From Alphaproteobacteria bacterium (GTDB taxonomy: Bacteria > Pseudomonadota > Alphaproteobacteria > Caulobacterales > Maricaulaceae), in the NCBI GenBank assembly GCA_016124205.1, contig WGOD01000004.1, forward strand, positions 8,345 through 72,344: DNA of 64,000 nucleotides. Reading direction: 5' to 3'. The notes beneath the pieces were generated by a model. The model saw only the letters and a list, made by a program, of their open reading frames with translations. It was not told the origin of the DNA and made no database searches. Shown in pieces: positions 28,364-37,500 of the stretch. A program made the position numbers and the translations under genes. Position 1 is the first letter of the stretch; each line of letters opens with the position of its first letter.

Positions 28364-29829
28364 TGCTGCCCATCAACCGGTTTCTGCGCCGCGCCGATGC
28401 CGAACCGGAGCGGCCCGCCCTGCGCGATGATCTCGGGATTGAACTGACCCATGGCGAACTGGCCGCGCGGGCCCGCGCGGTCGCGGCCGCACTGATCGAA
28501 ACGCTCGGCGAAGAGCCGCGTCTCGTCGCGCTCGCCGCGCGCAATCACGCCGCCCATGTCATCGCCATGTTCGGCATCTTCATCGCGGGACATGCCTGGC
28601 TTCCGGTCAATCCGCGCGCCGCGCGAACACTCAATGATCGCGTCAATGAGCGGCTCAGGCCGGACCTTCTCATCCTCGACGAGGCGGTGGGCGATTGCGT
28701 CACGCCGCTCGACCTGACCTGGCGTTTCGACGGGCGCGATCCGGACCCCCTACCGGCGGGCACCTTGCCACAGGACGGGTTTCCGGAGCGGTCGCTCGAC
28801 GACACGATGTCCGTGAAGCTCACCGGCGGGACGACGGGCGAACCCAAGGCGGTGGCTCAGACCCACCAGGTCATTGCGACCGTGATGGATGATCTGACAT
28901 CGGTTTTCGGGATCGGGCGGACGGATGTGAACCTCGCCGTCGCCCCGCTGTCGCACGGGGCCTTTCATTTCCTTCTGCCGGTGCTCGCGGCGGGCGGGCG
29001 GCACGAAATCGTGTCGCGGTCCGATCCGGACAGCTTGCTCGATCTGATGGCGGAGCGGGGCGTCAGCCTCGCCTTCATGCCGCCGACCCTGATCGTCAAG
29101 CTGATGGAGCGCGATGGTGCCCGGCCCGAACGCTTTCCGCGTCTGCGGCAGCTCATCTACAGCGCCGCCCCGATGCCGCCGGCGCAGATCGCGCGGGCGC
29201 AAGCCGCCTTCGGTCCTCGGATCGGCGTGATGTACGGACAGGTCGAGGCCCCCATGGCCATCGCGGCGATGTCGGCGGAGGACCTCGCCGAGAGCGGTCA
29301 CGCCGAAAGCTGCGGCCGTCCCTGTCCCTCGACCGAGGTGAGGATCGACAAGCCCGATGCCGACGGGATCGGGGAAATCCTCGCGCGGGGGCCGTTGACG
29401 ATCCGCGCCTATCTGACTGGCGAACCCTCACCGCTGGACGAGGAGGGATGGCTGCATACGGGTGATCTCGGGCGGCTTGGCGAAGATGGCCATCTCTTCA
29501 TCCGGGGCCGCGCGCGGGACGTGCTGATCACGGGCGGGTTCAACGTCTATCCGGCGCAGGTCGAACAGGCACTTCTGCAGGTCGCGGGGATCAGCGAAGC
29601 CTGCGTCTTCGGCGTATCCGATCCCTATTGGGGTGACCGGATCGAAGCCGCCGTCGTGACATCGGGCGAGGTGGCTGACGACGCGATGGCCCGCGCCGTG
29701 CGCGAGGCGATCGGCGTGGCCGCCGTGCCGAAGCGGTTTCACCGCGCCGAGGCCCTGCCGCGCAATGCGGTCGGCAAAGTCGTTCGCCGGGATGTCGCGG
29801 CGCTGTTCAGCGGGCCGGGCGGGGCGTGA
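28363..29829 (+). CDS. Class I adenylate-forming acyl-CoA ligase
   Basis: Start MLPINRF (TGATG overlap at 28361-28365); TGGTTGEPK, YGQVEA, WLHTGDLG, ITGGFNVYP, PRNAVGK. Confidence 0.88.
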   Translation: MLPINRFLRRADAEPERPALRDDLGIELTHGELAARARAVAAALIETLGEEPRLVALAARNHAAHVIAMFGIFIAGHAWLPVNPRAARTLNDRVNERLRPDLLILDEAVGDCVTPLDLTWRFDGRDPDPLPAGTLPQDGFPERSLDDTMSVKLTGGTTGEPKAVAQTHQVIATVMDDLTSVFGIGRTDVNLAVAPLSHGAFHFLLPVLAAGGRHEIVSRSDPDSLLDLMAERGVSLAFMPPTLIVKLMERDGARPERFPRLRQLIYSAAPMPPAQIARAQAAFGPRIGVMYGQVEAPMAIAAMSAEDLAESGHAESCGRPCPSTEVRIDKPDADGIGEILARGPLTIRAYLTGEPSPLDEEGWLHTGDLGRLGEDGHLFIRGRARDVLITGGFNVYPAQVEQALLQVAGISEACVFGVSDPYWGDRIEAAVVTSGEVADDAMARAVREAIGVAAVPKRFHRAEALPRNAVGKVVRRDVAALFSGPGGA

Positions 29830-30253
29830 GCATCATCGAGGCCGTGCCGCGGGCGTGGACCGTGCCGTCGGGCGACCGGATCACGCATTCCGCGACACCC
29901 ATCTTGCGGCCGCGATGGACGATTTCAGCTTCCGCGATCAGGCGATCAATCCCCGCGGGCGCGGCGCGGACATAGCGCACCTGGATATCGGTCGTCGCGA
30001 ACTGCTCGTCGGCTCCGATCATCGTCATCATCGCGCAGCCGGTGACCGCATCGACAAGCCCGGCCATCGCGCCGCCATGCACCCCGCCCATCAGATTGGC
30101 GTGCTCCGGCGTGATGGCGCATTCCAGTTCGGCGCGGCCTTCGGAGAAGGACAGGATGCGGAAGCCGAGCAGCTTGGCGAAACCGGGCGCGTGGCCCTGA
30201 TCGCGCCAGCGGGTGAGGATGTCGGTTCCGCTGCCCTCCAGTTCGCCGCTCAT
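29807..30253 (-). CDS. PaaI family hotdog thioesterase
   Basis: Start MSGELEG at 30253 (ATGA overlap); HANLMGGVHGGAMAGLVDA, ATTDIQVRYVR, HRGRK. Confidence 0.88.
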   Translation of the reverse strand: MSGELEGSGTDILTRWRDQGHAPGFAKLLGFRILSFSEGRAELECAITPEHANLMGGVHGGAMAGLVDAVTGCAMMTMIGADEQFATTDIQVRYVRAAPAGIDRLIAEAEIVHRGRKMGVAECVIRSPDGTVHARGTASMMLTPRPAR

Positions 30254-31956
30254 GCCGCGTCTCCCGCCGGCACAGGCTCGCGGAATTGGACAATGCGGAA
30301 TCGGTTCGCAACGAAGGCCAGGTCGGCAAGACAGGCATTCCCGGCCGGGTTCAGCCCCGTGACGTGATAGTCGCTGTAGGCTGCCGCGAAATTGATCGGC
30401 ATGCGGCCGTCCATGTTGATCCAGAGCGAAGCCCCGGCATCGGTGAAGGCGTCCTGCGCCCGGTCGATGAAGTCCGGGTCGGCGGAATAGAGGTAGGACG
30501 AGATCGCCCCCCGCGTGGCTGCAAGCTGTGCCGCGCGTTCCAGCGCCGTGTCGCGGTCCGGTTCCCGGATCAGGAAGCAGACCGGTGCGAAGACTTCCTC
30601 GCCATAGAGATCGATTGCCTCGGCCGGCACTTCGACGACCAGCGGTGTCGCCGTCCGGGCTTCGGGAAAGTCGGGGTGGTCGTAAGGGTGGCTGTCGAGC
30701 CAGACGCGCCCGCCCGCCTTCGTCACTGCCTCCCGCACGCGGTCGATATGTCTGAGGGATTCCTCGGCCTGGATGGCGGCGCACAGCCCCGCCGCGACCT
30801 TCGGATTGCTGCCGCGCGACCGGATGGCCTCGACCAGTTGAGTGGCGACCTCGTCGAACTTCATATCCCCATCAGGACCGCTGATTCCGCTTTCCGGGAT
30901 GTGAAGATTTTGCGGGCTGGTACACATCTGGGCCGAGAAGCCGCACAGCCCGTTTGCAAGGCCGGCAATGGCGCCGTCGGTATCGCGGAAGCCGTCGATC
31001 ACGACGCCGTTGCAGCCCGCGGTCTCGGTGTAGACGAGGCGGTCGGCGCAATTTTCCTCGATCCAGCGGCCGAAGCGCTGGCTGCCCGTATAGTCGATGA
31101 TCGCGCAGTCGGGGTGTTTCAGCAGGTCGATCGTCACCGGCGCTTCGCGCGTGTCGGCGGCCATCAGGACCATGTTCGGGTCGAGACCTGCTTCGGTCAG
31201 CACCTCGCGCATGCGCTTCACCGCCATTGCCACGGGCAGGATGCCGTTGGGATGGGGTTTCACGATGGCCGGATTGCCGGTCATCAGATTGGCGAAGATG
31301 GCGGGATAGGCATTCCACATCGGGAAGGTCGCGCAGCACACGACCACGGCCACACCGCGGCCGCGCGTGCGGTAGGTCTTGTTTAGCCGGACATCGCCGC
31401 CGCGGCCGAAATTCTTCTCCCACTGCGCCTGGCCGGGCACGTCCTTCAGCGCCTTGTAGGCATAGGCGAGGGCCTCGATGCCGCGGTCGAGCGCGTTGGG
31501 TCCGCTTCCCGAGAACGCCATGAGATAGGCCTGCCCGGCGGTGTGCATGGTGGCGTGCGCGTTCGCAAAGGCCTGCTCTTCCATCGCGAAGGCGATCTCG
31601 AAACAGATCCCGGCGCGCTCTTCCGGTGTCAGGCGGGACCAGGACCGCATGGCCGCCTTCGCGGCGGCGAACAAGGCGTCGGGATCGCTTTTCGGGTAGT
31701 CGATGCCGAGGCGTTTTTGTGTGTAGGGCGAGACTTCGTGTCCGGTCCGGCCGATCGTGCCGGGCTGATCGAGTTCGAAGGGTTTGCCGAGCAAGGCGTC
31801 GAAACGGGCCTTGCCCTCGGCGGGCTTTTCCTCGCCATGAATCTTGCTGCTCGGTGATTCCCGGAACGGGCTCCACTGGTGGCGCGTAGCGCATGCCTCC
31901 AAAGCGGCGTCGAGATGTTTCCGGTGGCGTTCGTAGAGCGCAGCGGGCGTTGCCAT
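30250..31956 (-). CDS. paaN: PaaN-type aldehyde dehydrogenase family protein
   Basis: MHTAGQAYLMAF, GPNALDRGIEA, CATFPMWN, IVKPHP, YTETAG, SAQMCTSPQN, FAAAYSDYHVTGLNPAGNA. Confidence 0.85.
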   Translation of the reverse strand: MATPAALYERHRKHLDAALEACATRHQWSPFRESPSSKIHGEEKPAEGKARFDALLGKPFELDQPGTIGRTGHEVSPYTQKRLGIDYPKSDPDALFAAAKAAMRSWSRLTPEERAGICFEIAFAMEEQAFANAHATMHTAGQAYLMAFSGSGPNALDRGIEALAYAYKALKDVPGQAQWEKNFGRGGDVRLNKTYRTRGRGVAVVVCCATFPMWNAYPAIFANLMTGNPAIVKPHPNGILPVAMAVKRMREVLTEAGLDPNMVLMAADTREAPVTIDLLKHPDCAIIDYTGSQRFGRWIEENCADRLVYTETAGCNGVVIDGFRDTDGAIAGLANGLCGFSAQMCTSPQNLHIPESGISGPDGDMKFDEVATQLVEAIRSRGSNPKVAAGLCAAIQAEESLRHIDRVREAVTKAGGRVWLDSHPYDHPDFPEARTATPLVVEVPAEAIDLYGEEVFAPVCFLIREPDRDTALERAAQLAATRGAISSYLYSADPDFIDRAQDAFTDAGASLWINMDGRMPINFAAAYSDYHVTGLNPAGNACLADLAFVANRFRIVQFREPVPAGDAA

Positions 31957-31974
31957 GAAAGCGAGATTCCTCGT

Positions 31975-31992
31975 CGGTTTCCTATTGCAAGC
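31975..31992 (-). promoter_or_regulatory. Island 18-bp motif upstream of paaN
   Basis: Minus strand GCTTGCAATAGGAAACCG; 16/18 identical to the copy at 11038-11055. Confidence 0.7.
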
Positions 31993-32048
31993 AAGCTAGC
32001 GAACCCGTCCCTACAAAGGCAAGCCGCCGCGCGCGTTCGAGCCGGATT

Positions 32049-32060
32049 CGACCAATGTCG
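32049..32060. promoter_or_regulatory. CrbR/ErdR-type box (GAC-N4-GTC)
   Basis: CGAC-CAAT-GTCG inverted repeat ~85 bp upstream of the DUF4212-SSS operon. Confidence 0.6.
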
Positions 32061-32144
32061 GGGTGACGCCATCCCGGCGCGCTTGGCATGGTGCGTCATC
32101 CGGCACTGACATTCGGGCCGGCAATGACAAACGGGGAGGCCAAC

Positions 32145-32459
32145 ATGGCGGAGGCACCGGAGAACGGGGAGGGGGGCGCCCAAGGCGCGCACGACATCTC
32201 CGAAACATCATTCAAGGCGTACTGGCGGGAGAATCTGACCCTGATGGGCGTTCTTCTGGCCATCTGGTTCCTGGTGTCGTTCGGCGCCGGAATCCTGTTC
32301 CGCGATTTTCTCGACCAGTTCTCGATCGGCAGCGCGCCGCTGGGATTCTGGTTCGCCCAGCAGGGCAGCATCTACGTCTTCGTCATTCTGATCTTCGTCT
32401 ACTCCGCGCTGATGCACCGCATCGAGCGCAAGTATGACGTCGACGACGACCAGGGCTGA
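32145..32459 (+). CDS. DUF4212 small subunit of solute:Na+ symporter
   Basis: GGGGAGG RBS; YWRENL, WFLVSFGAGILF, PLGFWFAQQGSIYVF. Confidence 0.9.
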   Translation: MAEAPENGEGGAQGAHDISETSFKAYWRENLTLMGVLLAIWFLVSFGAGILFRDFLDQFSIGSAPLGFWFAQQGSIYVFVILIFVYSALMHRIERKYDVDDDQG

Positions 32460-32470
32460 GGGAGGTTCCA

Positions 32471-34420
32471 ATGGACATCATGGGTATTTCGCCGACCCTG
32501 TTCTGGACGGCACTTTTCGTCATCACGACCTTCGGGGTCTATATCGGCATCGCGGTCTGGGCGCGGGCCGCCTCGACCGATGACTTCTACGTGGCCGGGC
32601 ACGACGTGCATCCGGTCTTTAACGGCATGGCCACCGCCGCGGACTGGATGAGTGCGGCGTCCTTCATGTCGATGGCCGGGATCATCGCGTTCTCCGGCTA
32701 TGACGGCTCGGTCTATCTGATGGGCTGGACCGGCGGCTATGTGCTGCTGGCGCTCCTGCTCGCGCCCTATCTCCGGAAATTCGGCAAGTTCACCGTGCCG
32801 GACTTCGTGGGCGACCGCTATTACAGCCAGGCCGCGCGCATCGTCGCGGTGATCTGCGCGCTCTTCATCTCCTTCACCTATATCGCGGGGCAGATGCGGG
32901 GCGTCGGGATCGCCTTCTCGAACTTCCTGCACGTGCCGATCGAGGCGGGCGTCATCGTCGGGGCGATCATCGTCCTGTTCTATGCCGTGCTCGGCGGGAT
33001 GAAGGGGATCACCTACACGCAGGTCGCGCAGTATTGCGTCCTGATCTTCGCCTTCATGGTTCCGGCCATCTTCCTGTCGCTGCAGATCACCGGTTCGCCG
33101 ATCCCGCAGCTGGGTTTCATCGGCAATGCGCAGGACGGTACGCCGTTGTTGCAGTCGCTCGACACAACGCTCACCGAGCTCGGGTTCAGCGCCTATACCG
33201 ACGGGTCCAAGGCGATGATCGACGTGTTCGCCATCGCGCTTGCGCTGATGGTCGGCACGGCGGGCCTGCCGCACGTCATCATCCGCTTCTTCACCGTTCC
33301 GAAGGCATCGGATGCGCGCAAATCGGCCGGATGGGCGCTGATCTTCATCGCCATTCTCTACACCACTGCCCCGGCGGTCGCGATCTTTGCCCGCTCGAAC
33401 TTCATCGACACGGTCAATGAAAGCCGCTGGTCGGTGGAGGCCGCCAACGATCCGGCGGCCCGCGCGGATCTGGGCGAGGGCGATACGCCGGCCTGGTTCT
33501 ACAACTGGCGGGATACCGGCCTTCTGAACGCCGAAGACCGCAATGGCGACGGCCTGATCCAGTACCGTGCCGATCCGGCCGAAAACGAGGTGACGCAGCT
33601 CGACCGCGACATCTTCGTGCTGGCCAATCCGGAAATCGGCGGCCTGCCGGCCTGGGTGATCGGTCTCGTCGTTGCGGGTGGTCTTGCCGCAGCGCTCTCG
33701 ACTGCGGCCGGTCTCCTGATGGTGATCTCGTCCGCCGTCTCCCACGATCTGTGCCGCAAGGTGTTGTTCAAGGGGATGAGCGATACGCAGGAGCTGCTGG
33801 TGGCCCGGATCGCGGCGGTCGCCGCGGTGCTGGTCGCCATCTATGCGGGGATCAATCCGCCGGGCTTCGTGGCGGCAGTCGTGGCCTTCGCCTTCGGACT
33901 GGCCGCGGCGAGCTTCTTCCCGGCCATCTTCCTCGGTATCTTCTGGAAGCGGATGAACAAGCAGGGTGCGATCGCGGGCATGGCCACCGGCCTCGTCGTG
34001 ACGGCACTCTACATCGTTCACTTCAAGATCGGCTTCTCGCCCGCGGTGATGGGTGTGTGTGCCCTCTTGGCCGCCATCGCCTTCGTCGTCCTGATCTTCG
34101 GAACGAAGGGCGAGGTCGGCGGGACCGGTCGTCTGCTGCTGACCGTCGTGGCCGCCGGCCTGGGCGTGACCGCTCTGCTCGGCCTGCTCGGTGTCCTGCC
34201 CGGCTTCGACATGGGGACCGCCGACCAGTGGTTCCTCGGCATCTCGCCGGAAGGCTTCGGGTCGGTCGGCATGGCCCTGTCCTTCGTGATCTCGATCGCC
34301 GTATCGGTGATGACACCGGCCCCGCCCCGCGAGGTCCAGGATATGGTCGAGGAAATCCGCATCCCTTCCGCCAAGGCCCATGTCGGTCACGCACCGGCCA
34401 ATCCGGCACCGGCGGAATAA
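32471..34420 (+). CDS. actP: Sodium:solute symporter, ActP-like acetate/monocarboxylate permease
   Basis: NGMATAADWMSAASF, APYLRKFGKFTVPDF, GTAGLPHVIIRFFTVP, GISPEG; linked to acs and crbSR. Confidence 0.85.
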   Translation: MDIMGISPTLFWTALFVITTFGVYIGIAVWARAASTDDFYVAGHDVHPVFNGMATAADWMSAASFMSMAGIIAFSGYDGSVYLMGWTGGYVLLALLLAPYLRKFGKFTVPDFVGDRYYSQAARIVAVICALFISFTYIAGQMRGVGIAFSNFLHVPIEAGVIVGAIIVLFYAVLGGMKGITYTQVAQYCVLIFAFMVPAIFLSLQITGSPIPQLGFIGNAQDGTPLLQSLDTTLTELGFSAYTDGSKAMIDVFAIALALMVGTAGLPHVIIRFFTVPKASDARKSAGWALIFIAILYTTAPAVAIFARSNFIDTVNESRWSVEAANDPAARADLGEGDTPAWFYNWRDTGLLNAEDRNGDGLIQYRADPAENEVTQLDRDIFVLANPEIGGLPAWVIGLVVAGGLAAALSTAAGLLMVISSAVSHDLCRKVLFKGMSDTQELLVARIAAVAAVLVAIYAGINPPGFVAAVVAFAFGLAAASFFPAIFLGIFWKRMNKQGAIAGMATGLVVTALYIVHFKIGFSPAVMGVCALLAAIAFVVLIFGTKGEVGGTGRLLLTVVAAGLGVTALLGLLGVLPGFDMGTADQWFLGISPEGFGSVGMALSFVISIAVSVMTPAPPREVQDMVEEIRIPSAKAHVGHAPANPAPAE

Positions 34421-34443
34421 GCAGAACTCCTTCCGCAACCTGC

Positions 34444-34478
34444 ACGGCGGAGCCTCCGGGCTCCGCCGTCCTTCTTTC
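34444..34478 (+). terminator. Rho-independent terminator
   Basis: ACGGCGGAGCC-TCCG-GGCTCCGCCGT followed by CCTTCTTTC. Confidence 0.7.
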
Positions 34479-34538
34479 AGGCTTCCCATGCGCGGCGGAC
34501 CTGCCTAGCGTTCACCAGAGACGGAGCGGATTTCTCGC

Positions 34539-37500
34539 GTGCTGGCACCGATCTGGACCCTGTTCGCCCTGGCGGCCTATGTCGCACTTCTGTTCGCGAT
34601 CGCCGCGCGCGGCGACCGTTTGCCGGCTGCGTCTGAGACACGGCGGCGGCTGATCTACGTGCTCGGGATCGGCGTCTATTGCACCAGCTGGACCTTTTTC
34701 GGGGCGGTCGGGGAAACTGCGCGAAATGGCTGGGATTATCTTCCGATCTATCTCGGCCCGGCGCTGGTCTTCATCGTCCTGTTTCCGGTCATCCGCCGCA
34801 TGGTCCGGCTGGGCCGGTCGCAGGAAAGCGCCTCGATCGCCGACTTCCTCGCCGCCCGCTTCGGCAAGTCGCCGGGCATCGCAGCGCTGGCGGCCGGCAT
34901 TCTCGTGCTCGCCGCCCTGCCCTATATGGCGCTGCAGCTCCGCTCGGCGGAAAGTGCGCTCTCGCTCATCACGACCGTGCCGGACGGGCTTGATGTCGCC
35001 GGTCTCGTGGCGCTCGCCTTCGCGGTGTTCGCCATCCTGTTCGGGGCGCGGAAGGCCGACAGCTCGGTTGCCAATCCCGGGCTCTCTCTCGCGATCGCGG
35101 TGGAATCGGTCGTCAAGCTGACCGCCATGGTCGCGATTGGTGTGATGGCGCTCATCGTCCTTGGAAACCCGGACACACCCGCGACAACCAGCGTGCCGCT
35201 GGCGCAGCAACCCCTCGATCTGCGCTTCCTCACCCTCACCGTCCTGGCCGGGCTCGCCGCGCTCTGCCTGCCGCGGCAATTCCACATGTTGGTGGTGGAG
35301 AACCGCAATCCTGGCGACGTCCGGGCGGCGCGGTTCGGATTTCCGCTCTACCTCGTCGGCGTGGCGCTCGCCGCCCCGCCGATCGCCATGGCCGGGGCCG
35401 CGCTCCTGCCTGGAACCAATCCCGACAATTACATTCTCGCCCTGCCGGTCGAGCTCGGTGCGGGACCACTGGCGCTGCTCGCCCTGTTCGGTGGGTTCTC
35501 CGCCGCTGCCGGCATGATCACGATCACGACGCTCGCCGTCTCGATCATGATCGTGAATGACTGGCTGGGTCCGTTCGTGTTGCGGCGGTCTGCGACGGCT
35601 TCCGGGGACGGTCTGGCGCAGCGCCTTCTGACATGGCGGCGTGCGGTCATCGTCGGGCTGCTGGCCGCGGCCTGGCTATTCGACCGGAGTTTCGCCGGAC
35701 CCTCCGGACTGGCCTCGATCGGGCTTGTGTCATTCGCTGCGGCTGCACAGCTCGCGCCCAGCCTGTTGCTGGGTCTTTACTGGCGGCGTGCCAACCGGCA
35801 CGGCGCCTATGCCGGGATGATCGCCGGGACGATCGGATGGCTCGTCCTGATCTTCCTGCCCTCCTATACGAATGTGCACCCGCTGCCCGAAACCGGGGCG
35901 GATCCGTTCTCGGTCTCGGTCCTCATCACGCTGGCGTTCAACACGCTGGCCTTCATCGTGGCGACGGCCTTTTCGCGCACCGGGCTGGTCGACCGGTTGC
36001 AGGCCGAAGTCTTCACGCGTCCCGCGGAGACTCGCACAAGCGACGGCGAGGGGGTCACCGGAGCGCGTGTCGCCGACATTCTGACCCTGTTCGATCGGGT
36101 GCTGGGCCGTGAAGCCGGAACGGACGCCGCGGACGAGCTGTCCCGGCAGCTGGGCCGAAAGCTCTCCCCGACGGAACCGGCAAGTGCCGCGATGACCGCG
36201 CTGGCCGAGACCCGCCTCGCGCGGGCCGTCGGGTCTGCTTCTGCGCGGCTTTTGATGCGGCGTGTGGTGAAAGGCGCGGTGGTCGCGCCCGGCGAGGTAA
36301 TCGCGCTGATCGACGAAACGGCGGCAAAGATCCGGACGTCGGAGGACGCACGCGAGCAGACCGAGAAATCCGCCCGCTTCTACACCGATCACGTCCCTGC
36401 GCTCCTGTCCTATGCCGACAAGTCGCTTCGGCTGATCTTCGCCAACCAGCCCTATCTCGACTTCTTTGGTATCGACCGGTCGAATATCTCCAAGCCGATG
36501 TCCGACTACATGACCGCCGAGGAACTGGCGGCGCGGCGGCCCTATATGGACCGCGCGCTGGCCGGGCAGCGTCAGGAGTTCGACGTGATCCGGCGCGATC
36601 CGCGCGGGCGCAAGCGGGTCTGGCAGCTTGTCTACCAGCCGCGCGTGGAAGACGGCGAGGTGCTGGGCTTCTACGGCGTCTACCAGGACGTGACGGCCCG
36701 CCGGGAGGCTGAGGCCGGGTTGAAGCGGGCCTATGAGACGCTCGAGGAAAAGGTCGCCGAGCGCACCGCGGAACTTCAGGCCGCGCAGGCCCAGGCCGAG
36801 GCCGCGACCCAGTCGAAAACGCGCTTTCTTGCCGCCGCCAGCCACGACCTGTTGCAGCCCTTGTCTGCGGCGAGGCTTCTCGTGTCGTCACTCGACCAAG
36901 ACCTTGCCGCCTCGCCGCAATCGACCCGCGACCTCGTCGCCCGGATCGACCGGTCGATCGAGAATGCCGACCAGCTTCTGCGCGCCCTTCTCGATATCTC
37001 CCGTCTTGATGCGAGCGGGGTCCAGCCGGACATCAGCGAGTTCTCGCTGCAGCCGCTGATCGAGGACCTGGTTTCGCAATTCCAGCCCAAGGCCGAGGCG
37101 AAGGGCATCATGGTGCGCTATGTCGCGACCCGCACCGCGACGCGCACCGATCGCGGCCTGCTGGCCAGCATGGTCCAGAATCTACTGGCCAATGCCGTGC
37201 GCTACACGGAGACGGGCCGGATCCTGATCGGAGTCCGACGGCGCGGCAGCCAGCTCTGTCTTCAGGTCCACGATACCGGTCCCGGCATGACGCAGGACCT
37301 TCAGGACAAGATGTTCAAAGAGTTCGAACGCGGTCCGCGCCGGGGAAATGCCGACCGGGGGCTGGGTCTTGGCCTCGCCATCGTCGACCGGATCGGCCGG
37401 CAGCTGGACATCGCGATCCGCGTCCGCTCGGAGCCCGGTAGCGGCAGCTGTTTCGAACTGATCCTGCCGCGTGCGAATGCCCGTACCGAACCGCGCCGCC

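Noticed and set aside
4778-31992. The catabolic island as a mobile genomic island
   Set aside because: No integrase, transposase, tRNA or flanking direct repeats were seen, and codon style matches the flanking genes
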